Source of the DNA: Candidatus Cloacimonas acidaminovorans str. Evry
GTDB taxonomy: Bacteria; Cloacimonadota; Cloacimonadia; Cloacimonadales; Cloacimonadaceae
Reading direction: 5' to 3'
NCBI RefSeq assembly: GCF_000146065.2
Contig: NC_020449.1
Coordinates: forward strand, 1,370,654 to 1,402,653
DNA length: 32,000 nt
Below the pieces are notes generated by a model. The model made no database searches. It had not been told where the DNA came from and worked only from the letters and a program-made list of their open reading frames with translations. Each line of letters starts with the position of its first letter. Position 1 is the first letter of the stretch. Positions 23,946-32,000 of the stretch are shown piece after piece. A program made the translations under genes and the position numbers.

Positions 23946-25655
23946 ATGGATACAAAGGAAAATATCACTGAAAATAAAGAAGAAAAGGCAGTAACTTCCA
24001 ATTTTATCCGCTCTATAATAGAAAGGGATTTAGCAAGCGGAAAACATAAAAGTATTGTAACGCGTTTTCCTCCCGAGCCCAATGGTTATTTACATATTGG
24101 CCATGCCAAATCCATCTGTTTGAATTTCGGTTTGGCAAACGACTATAGGGGGCGTTGTCACTTACGTTTTGATGACAGCAATCCGGTGAAAGAGGATGTG
24201 GAATATGTTAATTCCATTATGGAAGATGTGCATTGGTTAGGTTTTGACTGGGGTGAACATTTATATTATGCATCGGACTATTTTGATAAACTGTATGAAT
24301 TTGCGGAATACTTAATCAAAGCCGGCAAGGCATTTGTTTGTGATCTCTCTTGGGAAGAACTGAAAGAATACAGAGGCACTTTAACGGTTCCGGGGAAAGA
24401 TAGTCCCTATAGAAATCGCAGTATAGAAGAAAACCTGGATTTATTCAGAAGAATGAAGGCAGGTGAATTTCCCGAAGGCAGCAGAACTTTACGAGCCAAA
24501 ATAGATATGGCTTCCCCAAATTTGAATATGCGTGATCCGGTTATTTACAGAATTAAAAAAACCCATCATCACAGAACCGGTAATGACTGGCAAATTTATC
24601 CTATGTATGATTATACCCATTGTGTTTCTGATGCCCTGGAAGGTATAACCCATTCTATCTGCACTCTGGAATTTGAAGACCATAGGCCTCTATATGATTG
24701 GTTTTTAGACCAGTTACCGGTTCCCTGTCATCCGCAACAAATAGAATTTGCCCGTTTGAATCTTGCTTATACAATAATGAGTAAACGGCTTTTACTGGAA
24801 TTGGTAAATAACCATTTAGTCAGCGGTTGGGACGATCCCAGGATGCCTACAATTGCAGGAATGCGCAGAAGAGGTTTTACTCCGGAAGCCATTAGAGATT
24901 TTTCCGAGCGGATTGGTGTCTCCAAAGCTAATTCTCTGGTTAATGACGAATTGCTGATGTTTTGTGTGCGCGAAGATTTGAATAAAAGAGCGGAGCGCAG
25001 AATGGTTGTTGTAAATCCCCTAAAATTAACTATTACTAATTACCCGGAAGGCAAAATAGAGGATTTTGCTGCAGAAAACAATCCGGAAGACCCTTCTGCG
25101 GGAAAGAGGAAAATAAAGTTCTCCCGCCATCTTTATATAGAAAAAGATGATTTCAGTGAAAATCCGGTAAAGGGTTGGTTTCGTCTTTCCTTGGGCAAAG
25201 AAGTTCGCTTAAAATACGCTTATTATATCACTTGTAATGAAGTAATCAAAAATGAGAAGGGCGAAATTATAGAATTGCTTTGCACTTACGATGAAAAATC
25301 ACGCGGGGGATGGACAGAAGATGGACGCAAAGTGAAAGGAACTTTACATTGGGTTTGTGCTGAGAGTGCTATTCCTGTAGAATTGCGTTTATATGATCGC
25401 CTTTTCACTTTAGCGGATATGAGTAATATGGAAGAAGGAAAGACCTATCAGGATTACTTGAATCCAAATTCGCTGATAGTTAAACAAAACTGTTTGGCAG
25501 AAGAAAATTTGCAAGAAGCAAAGATTGGAGAACATTATCAGTTTCTGCGAATTGGTTATTTCAATGTTGATTATAACAGTAAGCCAGGGGCATTGATTTT
25601 TAACCGTATTGTGGACTTAAAAGACAGCTGGGCAAAGCTCAGTAAGAAAATATAA
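23946..25655 (+). CDS. glnS: Glutamine--tRNA ligase
   Basis: Track ORF 23922..25655. The ATG at 23946 follows gaaagga. It is collinear with E. coli GlnS: [32 protein letters not shown] (HIGH), [14 protein letters not shown] and IMSKR (KMSKS). Confidence 0.95.
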   Translation: MDTKENITENKEEKAVTSNFIRSIIERDLASGKHKSIVTRFPPEPNGYLHIGHAKSICLNFGLANDYRGRCHLRFDDSNPVKEDVEYVNSIMEDVHWLGFDWGEHLYYASDYFDKLYEFAEYLIKAGKAFVCDLSWEELKEYRGTLTVPGKDSPYRNRSIEENLDLFRRMKAGEFPEGSRTLRAKIDMASPNLNMRDPVIYRIKKTHHHRTGNDWQIYPMYDYTHCVSDALEGITHSICTLEFEDHRPLYDWFLDQLPVPCHPQQIEFARLNLAYTIMSKRLLLELVNNHLVSGWDDPRMPTIAGMRRRGFTPEAIRDFSERIGVSKANSLVNDELLMFCVREDLNKRAERRMVVVNPLKLTITNYPEGKIEDFAAENNPEDPSAGKRKIKFSRHLYIEKDDFSENPVKGWFRLSLGKEVRLKYAYYITCNEVIKNEKGEIIELLCTYDEKSRGGWTEDGRKVKGTLHWVCAESAIPVELRLYDRLFTLADMSNMEEGKTYQDYLNPNSLIVKQNCLAEENLQEAKIGEHYQFLRIGYFNVDYNSKPGALIFNRIVDLKDSWAKLSKKI

Positions 25656-25667
25656 GGGGAGGATATT

Positions 25668-25916
25668 ATGGTTTACAAGATTGTGCTTGTAAAAATTGAT
25701 CAACGTAGCACTGAAGCTACAAAAGTTCAGGGAATTTTAACCAAGTATGGATGCAATATTCGCGTCCGTTTAGGTTTGCATGAGGTCTCTAATGAATTCT
25801 GCGCCAATGATGGTTTATTAGTCCTGGAAGTGCAAGGAGAACAAAATATTCTGGAGAATATGATTTCAGAACTTAATGCTTTGGAATATGTGCAAGTTAG
25901 GTTAATTGAAATGTAA
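25668..25916 (+). CDS. Small ACT-like protein resembling the TM1266-type iron-only-hydrogenase-system regulator family
   Basis: The 82-aa protein has the pattern VLVKIDQRSTEATKVQGILTKYGCNIRVRLGLH...GLLVLEVQGEQNILENMISELNALEYVQV. A strong SD (ggggagg) is present. The family assignment is from memory of the motif pattern only. Confidence 0.45.
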   Translation: MVYKIVLVKIDQRSTEATKVQGILTKYGCNIRVRLGLHEVSNEFCANDGLLVLEVQGEQNILENMISELNALEYVQVRLIEM

Positions 25917-27020
25917 CTATTTCCAGGTATATTTTCCTAAAGTTCCCCGCAAGCCATAGAAAATGAAGTGAAGGGGAAATACAAATATCTGAAGAGGATA
26001 CAAAAAAGCGAGTTTGCTTCTTCCAATTTGCCTTAAATGGCTATAGGAAAAAGCAAATTCGGCTGCTGTTTTAAGCAGTAAAGAAAGTTTAATTGCTTTA
26101 CCGCTTTTCTTATGTATAGCTTGCCACAGAGCAATATAAAACAGACAAAAATAGATAAAAATAAAGGCACAAAGACCTTTCAGCCACCAGGGATAATATT
26201 TGAATTTGGAAGCTCTGCGGATATTTGTTTGATGATGCTTTTTTCTATTTGTGCCATCAATTGAGGTAACCTGCATTGCTGTATTGGGATTGTACGCTGC
26301 TTTTCTGATCTTAGGCATCATTTTGATTAAAAGTAAATCGTCATCACCTGATCTTAAATGTCCTATTCCTTCAAAACCACTACTTTCCAGAAAGGTCTTT
26401 TTCCTGTAAACCATATTACAGGCACTGCTGGTAAAAGGAATTTTGTAATATAAGCCCGCTGCAGCTAAAGCATAATTAACACTGCGTTCAAAATTTTTCA
26501 GACGAATGATGCTGTCATCGGGTTTTCTTTTTATAACTGAATAGGAAAGCAGGTAATCTGTTTCTTTAGTAAAAGACCGGTTTATTTCTTGTAACCAGGA
26601 AACGGGCACAATACAATCAGCATCAGTGAAAGCAAGAATTTCAAAGCGGGAGTTTTCTATGCCTTTTTGTAAAGCAGCTTTTTTTCCTGTTAAGGGTGGG
26701 GTCTCACTATAGAAATTAATAATTTTCAGATTAGGAATATTTTTCTGAGTAGCCAAATATTCTTTACTGCCATCGTTGCTATGGTCATTTACAATAATTA
26801 TTTCATATTTGTCCCGGGGATAATCCAAACAGGCAAGGGAGTTTAGTAAATTTGGCAGATTCTTTATTTCATTTCTGGCTGCAATTATGATGGAAATACT
26901 TTGAAAAATATCGGGAACTGATTTCTTTTTTTCTTCAGCAATTATCTTATCTACGCCTCGTTTTAGCCAAATTAGAAAAGTAGAATACAATATTGTAAAT
27001 AGAGGAAAGCATTTCTTCAT
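25917..27020 (-). CDS. Family 2 glycosyltransferase with C-terminal TM helices
   Basis: The 367-aa protein contains ISIIIAARNE, IIIVNDHSNDGS and AFTDADC (DxD) in the GT2 (GT-A) arrangement. Its start overlaps the dnaX stop by 1 nt. Confidence 0.8.
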   Translation of the reverse strand: MKKCFPLFTILYSTFLIWLKRGVDKIIAEEKKKSVPDIFQSISIIIAARNEIKNLPNLLNSLACLDYPRDKYEIIIVNDHSNDGSKEYLATQKNIPNLKIINFYSETPPLTGKKAALQKGIENSRFEILAFTDADCIVPVSWLQEINRSFTKETDYLLSYSVIKRKPDDSIIRLKNFERSVNYALAAAGLYYKIPFTSSACNMVYRKKTFLESSGFEGIGHLRSGDDDLLLIKMMPKIRKAAYNPNTAMQVTSIDGTNRKKHHQTNIRRASKFKYYPWWLKGLCAFIFIYFCLFYIALWQAIHKKSGKAIKLSLLLKTAAEFAFSYSHLRQIGRSKLAFLYPLQIFVFPLHFIFYGLRGTLGKYTWK

Positions 27021-28621
27021 TAGCTTTTAACCAGCACGGAATCTGTAAGGTCTATAAATTTTGCCAGCTCCGGATTTTCCTGTTTTATATCTTCCAGTGT
27101 TTTGTGTTGAATATTAACTTTGGTAGGGGGTTCCGTTTCCTGCAATTGCAAAGAGATAGAAATCGGTTTCTCAAAGAGTTCGGAAATAGATTCTTCCAGC
27201 TTTTCCTGATTGCTTTTCAAACAGCGGAAATTAGTATTGCTTTCTACTGTTAAACAAAGTTTTCGCCCTTCCACTTTTCTGTCTGTAGTTGCATCTAAAG
27301 CAAGAGCACACATTTGACTGATTTTTTTAGCGCGGGTAATAATTCTCTGCCAAAGCTGTTCCAGATTTTCCTGGTTAAATTCCATTTTAGCCACAATTGT
27401 TTCTTCGCGTAAAGGAACTTCTGCCGAACTGGCTACATAACTGCTTTGAATTGTCTTAGCGGTTGTTGGAGAAGCCATAGATACAGGTTGGGCAAAGGCA
27501 TTTATATTAATCTTGCCAATTAAAGAGGCAATATCTTCCATTTCATCAAGCTTGCAAAGTTTAATCATCAGAGCTTCTAAAATAAGGTAGGGATTGCTAC
27601 TTCCCCTTAAATCATTTCTACAGGCAATAAGATAGGAAAGAATATACAGCAATTTGTTCTGCCCGAATAATTCAGCTAATTCATCAAACAAAGAAAGTTC
27701 ATCGGGATTGATATCCTTAATTTGAACTTGCAGTTTACGCAATATAAGGATCCTCACAAATTCTTGCATATTGGCTATAAATTCTTGGAGGTCAATTCCC
27801 TGTTCAAAAATCAAATGCAATTCGTTAATAAGACCCTGGGTATCTTTATTGTAAATCAGAGTTAGAAATTTCTGATAGACCTGATTGGGAATCATACCAA
27901 ATATTTGACGGACTTTGTCAATAGTAATATTATTCAAACAATATGAAATTGCCTGATCCATCAACGATAGGGCATCGCGCATTCCTCCATCTGCCTTACG
28001 AGCTATTAAATAAAGGGATTCGGAATCAATTTTTATCCCTTCCAGAACGCTTATTTCCTGCAACCTCTGAACTATGGAAGCAATTGGAATACGTTTAAAA
28101 TCATAACGCTGACAACGAGAAATAATAGTTGGCAAAACCTTTTGGGGTTCTGTTGTGGCAAAAATGAAGATAACATTATCCGGCGGTTCTTCCAGGGTCT
28201 TAAGTAATGCATTGAAAGCATTTTTAGAGAGCATATGCACTTCGTCAATGATGTATATTTTATAATTGGAACTGCTGGCAGGATATAAAAGCTCGCGTTG
28301 CAATTCACGAATATCATCTACACTGGTATTGGAAGCACCATCAATTTCAATTACATCAGGAGAAGTTCCTGCCGTAATTTCCAAACAATTGGAACAGGCA
28401 TTACAAGGTGTAGTGGTCGGTCCGTTTACACAATTCAAACTCTTTGCTAAAATTCTTGCCAAAGAGGTTTTTCCTACACCCCGGGGTCCTGTAAATAAAT
28501 AAGCGTGAGCTATTCTATTTGTAGCAATGGCACTTTGCAGGATTTCCGTTATATGCTCCTGAGCGTAAACTTCTTTAAAGTTCTGGGGACGGTATTTTCT
28601 GGCTAAGACAATGTAACTCAT
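27020..28621 (-). CDS. dnaX: DNA polymerase III subunit gamma/tau
   Basis: The 533-aa protein contains LARKYRPQNFKEVYAQEHI, FTGPRGVGKTSLARILAKSLNC, a Zn module (CNACSNC), IYIIDEVHMLS and SRCQRYDFKRI. Confidence 0.95.
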   Translation of the reverse strand: MSYIVLARKYRPQNFKEVYAQEHITEILQSAIATNRIAHAYLFTGPRGVGKTSLARILAKSLNCVNGPTTTPCNACSNCLEITAGTSPDVIEIDGASNTSVDDIRELQRELLYPASSSNYKIYIIDEVHMLSKNAFNALLKTLEEPPDNVIFIFATTEPQKVLPTIISRCQRYDFKRIPIASIVQRLQEISVLEGIKIDSESLYLIARKADGGMRDALSLMDQAISYCLNNITIDKVRQIFGMIPNQVYQKFLTLIYNKDTQGLINELHLIFEQGIDLQEFIANMQEFVRILILRKLQVQIKDINPDELSLFDELAELFGQNKLLYILSYLIACRNDLRGSSNPYLILEALMIKLCKLDEMEDIASLIGKININAFAQPVSMASPTTAKTIQSSYVASSAEVPLREETIVAKMEFNQENLEQLWQRIITRAKKISQMCALALDATTDRKVEGRKLCLTVESNTNFRCLKSNQEKLEESISELFEKPISISLQLQETEPPTKVNIQHKTLEDIKQENPELAKFIDLTDSVLVKS

Positions 28622-28764
28622 TTATCCTCACGAAATATAATACAATACATTTATATTACCATATTTCTACAGACACTGTTTTAAGCAAGTATTTTCTGCT
28701 GGACAGATTATCAGCACTTTGTTTTAAGTGTTTTCAGAAGTTTAATCAGAATGGAGGATTTAAA

Positions 28765-29985
28765 ATGAAACTGGAAGGAAAAGTTGTTATAGCACAAGGC
28801 GGAGGTCCTACTGCTGTAATCAATCAGTCCTTAGTAGGAGTAACCCTGGAAGCAAGAAAATTTCCCCAAGTTACACGTGTTTATGGAGCCCTATATGGAG
28901 TTCAGGGAATTGTGAATGAGGAATTTGTAGATTTAACCCAGGAGACAACTCACAATTTGGAACAGGTGGCTAATACACCATCTTCAGCTTTACTTTCTAC
29001 GCGGGATAAACCGGACGAAAAGTATTGTATGGAAATTTTTAAAGTGCTTAAAGCACACGATGTCAGATATTTTTTCTATATTGGAGGCAACGATTCTGCC
29101 GATACAGTTCGCATTGTAAATGAACAGGCAACCAAAGCGGATTATGAATTTCGGGCTATTCATATTCCTAAAACCATTGATAACGATTTGGTTTTGAATG
29201 ATCATACACCCGGTTTTGGCTCTGCAGCAAGATTTGTAGCTTCTGCCTTTACAGGAGTCAATTTAGATAATCGTGCTTTACCCGGGGTTTATATTGGAGT
29301 GGTTATGGGTCGGAATGCCGGTTTTTTAACTGCCTCTTCAGTTATGGCACAAAAATATCCTGATGACGGACCTCATCTTGTATATTTACCTGAACATCCT
29401 TTTCACCGGGAAAATTTCTTAGATGATGTAAAACGCATTTATGATCTTTACGGTAGATGTGTAGTAGCCGTTTCCGAAGGTATTGTTGATGAAAATGGAG
29501 TGCCCATTGTTACAAAACTTTCAGGAAATCAGGAAAAAGATGCTCATGGCAATGTTCAGCTTTCCGGAACCGGAGTTTTGGGTGATTTACTTAGTGAACT
29601 TGTTCGCACTAAACTGAAAATTAAAAGAGTGCGTAGTGATACTTTTGGTTATTTACAGCGTTCTTTTATCGGCTGTGTAAGTGATGTTGATCAAAGGGAA
29701 GCACGCGAAGTTGGAGAAAGAGCAGCTCATTATGCTATCTGGTATAATTTGGATGGCTCAATTTCTATTCAAAGAACGGGATTTTATTCCGTAAATTACC
29801 AGCTGGAAAATTTAAGCGATATTGCCGGAAAAACAAGAACTATGCCCGATGAATATATTAATGCTGAAGGAAATGGAATTACCGATGAATTCAAGTATTA
29901 TGTAAGACCTCTTTTGGGTTCAGGTTTTCCTGTAGCTCATCGTTTAAGAGCTCCCAAAGTAGCAAAAATTCTCACCGAGAAATAG
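28765..29985 (+). CDS. pfp: 6-phosphofructokinase, probably pyrophosphate-dependent
   Basis: The 406-aa protein contains GGGPTAVINQS, IGGNDSA and IPKTIDNDL. It has Asp where E. coli PfkA has Gly104 and Lys where it has Gly124, which are the residues associated with PPi use. Confidence 0.75.
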   Translation: MKLEGKVVIAQGGGPTAVINQSLVGVTLEARKFPQVTRVYGALYGVQGIVNEEFVDLTQETTHNLEQVANTPSSALLSTRDKPDEKYCMEIFKVLKAHDVRYFFYIGGNDSADTVRIVNEQATKADYEFRAIHIPKTIDNDLVLNDHTPGFGSAARFVASAFTGVNLDNRALPGVYIGVVMGRNAGFLTASSVMAQKYPDDGPHLVYLPEHPFHRENFLDDVKRIYDLYGRCVVAVSEGIVDENGVPIVTKLSGNQEKDAHGNVQLSGTGVLGDLLSELVRTKLKIKRVRSDTFGYLQRSFIGCVSDVDQREAREVGERAAHYAIWYNLDGSISIQRTGFYSVNYQLENLSDIAGKTRTMPDEYINAEGNGITDEFKYYVRPLLGSGFPVAHRLRAPKVAKILTEK

Positions 29986-30033
29986 CTTTAGAATTTAATG
30001 TTTGTAGTCGGAGGACACTGTTCCTCCGCAAAA

Positions 30034-30091
30034 AGGTGGAAAGGTGGAAAGAGTGAAAAGGTGAAAGAGTGAAAGAGTGAAAAGGTGAAAC
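30034..30091 (+). repeat. Array of 7-9-nt words (ggtggaaa / gagtgaaa / ggtgaaa)
   Basis: Read directly. It ends in ggtgaaaca, whose reverse complement opens the arrays at 30177 and 30283. Confidence 0.85.
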
Positions 30092-30282
30092 AAGGAGAAA
30101 ATTTTCGTTGCAAACTTTGAAATGTGTAGCCGGAGTTCGCTGAAGCTCCGCATCCTTTTTTACAAATTCTATTCCGTGTTTCACTTTTTCACCTTTCCAC
30201 TTAATCGTCACGCGTCCTCACTGCCAAATGAATTTGTAGGAAGTTATAATTTTTGCAGGCAGTGACGACTCCTGACTTAAAT

Positions 30283-30370
30283 GTTTCACCTTTCCACCTT
30301 TCCACCTTTTCACTCTTTCACCATTTCACCTTTCCACTTTTTCACCATCTCGTCATTTCACTACCTCACC
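30283..30370 (-). repeat. Inverted copy of the ggtgaaa-type word array (plus strand reads tgtttcacctttccacctttccaccttttcactctttcacc...)
   Basis: The reverse complement is composed of the same words as 30034-30091. A shorter inverted block lies at 30177-30210. Confidence 0.85.
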
Positions 30371-30387
30371 AATTCCTCTTTTCGTAC

Positions 30388-30416
30388 TTGACATAAAATG
30401 AAAGAAATATTTTAAT
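30388..30416 (+). promoter_or_regulatory. Sigma70-like promoter of gdhA
   Basis: TTGACA (30388-30393), a 17-nt spacer, then TTTAAT (30411-30416), about 30 nt upstream of the start codon. Confidence 0.55.
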
Positions 30417-30449
30417 GTAATAAAAACAAAAATATATATGGAGGAACCA

Positions 30450-31787
30450 ATGACCATCAATGAGTTTATGGCAAAAGTGGAAGCCAAGAATCCGGGTGAA
30501 CCTGAATTCTTACAGGCAGTTAAAGAAGTAGTAGAAACAATCTGGGATGTTTATATTAATAATCCCCGTTTCGTAAAAGCCAATATCCTGGAGCGTATTG
30601 TAGAGCCCGAACGCGTAATCATTTTCCGTGTTCCTTGGGTTGACGACAAAGGCGAAGTTCAAGTAAATCGTGGCTATCGTGTTCAATTTAACAGTGCAAT
30701 CGGACCTTATAAAGGTGGATTGCGTTTTCATCCCAGTGTAAATTTATCCATTTTGAAGTTTTTGGGCTTTGAACAAACCTTCAAAAACAGCTTAACGACT
30801 CTTCCTATGGGTGGAGGCAAAGGTGGCAGTGATTTTGATGCCAGAGGAAAAAGTGATGGCGAAATTATGCGTTTTTGCCAGTCCTTTATGACAGAACTAT
30901 TTCGTCATATTGGTCCCAACACGGATGTTCCGGCTGGTGACATAGGTGTTGGAGCTCGTGAAATTGGCTATATGTTTGGAATGTATAAAAAGCTGATGAA
31001 TGAATTTACCGGAGTTTTTACAGGTAAAGGTTTAACTTGGGGAGGAAGTTTAGTTCGTCCTGAAGCCACAGGTTTTGGAGTTGTCTATTTCACCGAAGAA
31101 ATGCTGAAAACCAAAGGTGAAACCATTAAGGGTAAAAGAGTTGCCATTTCCGGATTTGGAAATGTTGCCTGGGGTGCAGTTCAAAAAGTGAATCACTTAG
31201 GTGGCAAAGTTGTAACTATTTCTGGTCCTGATGGTTATGTTTTAGACGAGGAAGGCATAAGTGGTGAAAAGATTAATTATATGGTTGAACTACGTGCTTC
31301 CAATAATGATCGCGTAAAGGATTATGCCGATAAGTATCCTAATGCCAAATTTTTCCCGGGAAAGCGTCCCTGGGAAGTGAAAGTTGATGTTGCTATTCCT
31401 TGTGCTACGCAAAATGAGCTCAATGGAGATGATGCCAGGGCACTTATTAATAACGGTGTATTTTGTGTAACCGAAGCTGCCAATATGCCTTGTACACCTG
31501 AAGCAGTGGAAATTTTTCAAAAAGCGAAAATTCTTTATGCTCCAGGAAAAGCGGCAAATGCAGGTGGAGTAGCCACCAGCGGATTGGAAATGACGCAAAA
31601 CTCCATCCGTATGAATTGGAGCAGAGAAGAAGTAGATGAAAAACTCCACGGAATTATGAAAAACATTCATCAGGCATGCGTTGATAGTGGCAAAGAACCC
31701 GATGGCTATATTAATTATGTGAAAGGTGCTAATATTGCTGGCTTTTTGAAAGTTGCCAATGCAATGTGTGACCAGGGAATTGTGTAA
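30450..31787 (+). CDS. gdhA: NADP-specific glutamate dehydrogenase
   Basis: Track ORF 30438..31787. The ATG at 30450 is preceded by tggagga with a 4-nt spacer. It is near-collinear with E. coli GdhA: RVQFNSAIGPYKGGLRFHPSVNLSILKFLGFEQTFKNSLTTLPMGGGKGGSDFD and KAANAGGVATSGLEM. Confidence 0.95.
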   Translation: MTINEFMAKVEAKNPGEPEFLQAVKEVVETIWDVYINNPRFVKANILERIVEPERVIIFRVPWVDDKGEVQVNRGYRVQFNSAIGPYKGGLRFHPSVNLSILKFLGFEQTFKNSLTTLPMGGGKGGSDFDARGKSDGEIMRFCQSFMTELFRHIGPNTDVPAGDIGVGAREIGYMFGMYKKLMNEFTGVFTGKGLTWGGSLVRPEATGFGVVYFTEEMLKTKGETIKGKRVAISGFGNVAWGAVQKVNHLGGKVVTISGPDGYVLDEEGISGEKINYMVELRASNNDRVKDYADKYPNAKFFPGKRPWEVKVDVAIPCATQNELNGDDARALINNGVFCVTEAANMPCTPEAVEIFQKAKILYAPGKAANAGGVATSGLEMTQNSIRMNWSREEVDEKLHGIMKNIHQACVDSGKEPDGYINYVKGANIAGFLKVANAMCDQGIV

Positions 31788-31812
31788 ACCCTTAATCTCT
31801 CTGATAAACATA

Positions 31813-31848
31813 AAGCCCGTTACAATTCTTGCGTAACGGGCTTTTTTA
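31813..31848 (+). terminator. Rho-independent terminator of gdhA
   Basis: An 11-bp stem pairs aagcccgttac (31813-31823) with gtaacgggctt (31833-31843) around a 9-nt loop, running into a T tract. Confidence 0.85.
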
Positions 31849-31861
31849 GTGAACAGATTAA

Positions 31862-31942
31862 CAAGTTAACTGGTGAACAAGTGAAGTGAAATGGTGGAAA
31901 AGTGGAGAGGTGAAACAAAAGGATAATTTTTGCTGAAAAACC
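31862..31942 (+). repeat. Further copy of the gtgaa-word array plus its conserved tail
   Basis: ggtgaacaagtgaagtgaaatggtggaaaagtggagaggtgaaacaaaaggataatttttgctgaaaaacc parallels 30060-30115 (ggtgaaacaaggagaaaattttcgttgcaaac). Confidence 0.7.
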
Positions 31943-32000
31943 TATAATACTATATCCATATTCATTAATCATAAATGGCAGAAAAATTCCTTAGGAATGG

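Noticed and set aside
28622-28764. SRP (4.5S/scRNA) gene, which is often adjacent to dnaX
   Set aside because: I could not find the conserved domain IV motif (GGAA tetraloop flanked by AGCA/GNAR helices) or a stable extended hairpin. The region reads as a divergent promoter spacer.
29972-30211. Track ORF 29972..30211 (79 aa, SPFHSFTLSPFHSFHLS...)
   Set aside because: It is a translation artefact of the ggtgaaa word arrays, with a periodic peptide and no RBS. It also overlaps the end of pfp.
31290-31811. 173-aa minus-strand ORF, and similar antisense ORFs inside hydA, nuoF, glnS and dnaX (for example 1949..2359 and 28266..28502)
   Set aside because: They lie fully antisense within strongly supported conserved genes and show no recognisable motifs. 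These are typical shadow ORFs in AT-rich DNA.
31975-32000. Start of a new plus-strand gene (ATGGCAGAAAAATTCCTTAGGAATGG)
   Set aside because: Only 26 nt remain in the window, which is too little to support a call.

Overview
AT-rich bacterial chromosome segment from an anaerobe. A T9SS-type sorting domain, an FeFe-hydrogenase operon and amino-acid metabolism genes suggest an FCB-group or Cloacimonadota-like organism, but that is inference only. Contents in order: (1) a partial SpoU methyltransferase and an XdhC-like gene. (2) A 12-gene minus-strand operon (1715-12127) for an electron-bifurcating-type [FeFe] hydrogenase. It holds HydA, two NuoE/NuoF-like pairs and an HndB-like protein, preceded by a putative sensory module (DRTGG, HATPase, HydS-like protein, DRTGG, PHP). 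(3) An MBL-fold hydrolase. (4) A translationally coupled operon of five uncharacterised envelope proteins plus a class II aldolase. (5) A complete diversity-generating retroelement (DGR, 19008-22478, minus strand) ordered target, HRDC, Avd, RT, TR. (6) glnS, a small ACT-like regulator, a GT2 glycosyltransferase, dnaX, a PPi-type phosphofructokinase and gdhA. The main finding is the DGR. TR (19160-19283) and VR (21406-21529) align without gaps. They differ at 17 positions, 16 of them at coding-strand adenines of the TR. One substitution pair turns a TR AAA codon into an in-frame TGA in the VR, so the target ORF is truncated just before its variable C-terminus. Other unexplained structure includes mosaic short-tandem-repeat elements in almost every large intergenic region, with near-identical direct copies bracketing the DGR island and weaker copies bracketing the hydrogenase operon and gdhA. 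There is also a C12 homopolymer inside a promoter-like spacer, cysteine-less thioredoxin-like domains in the hydrogenase operon, and the unknown membrane-protein operon. No tRNA, rRNA or CRISPR array was recognised.
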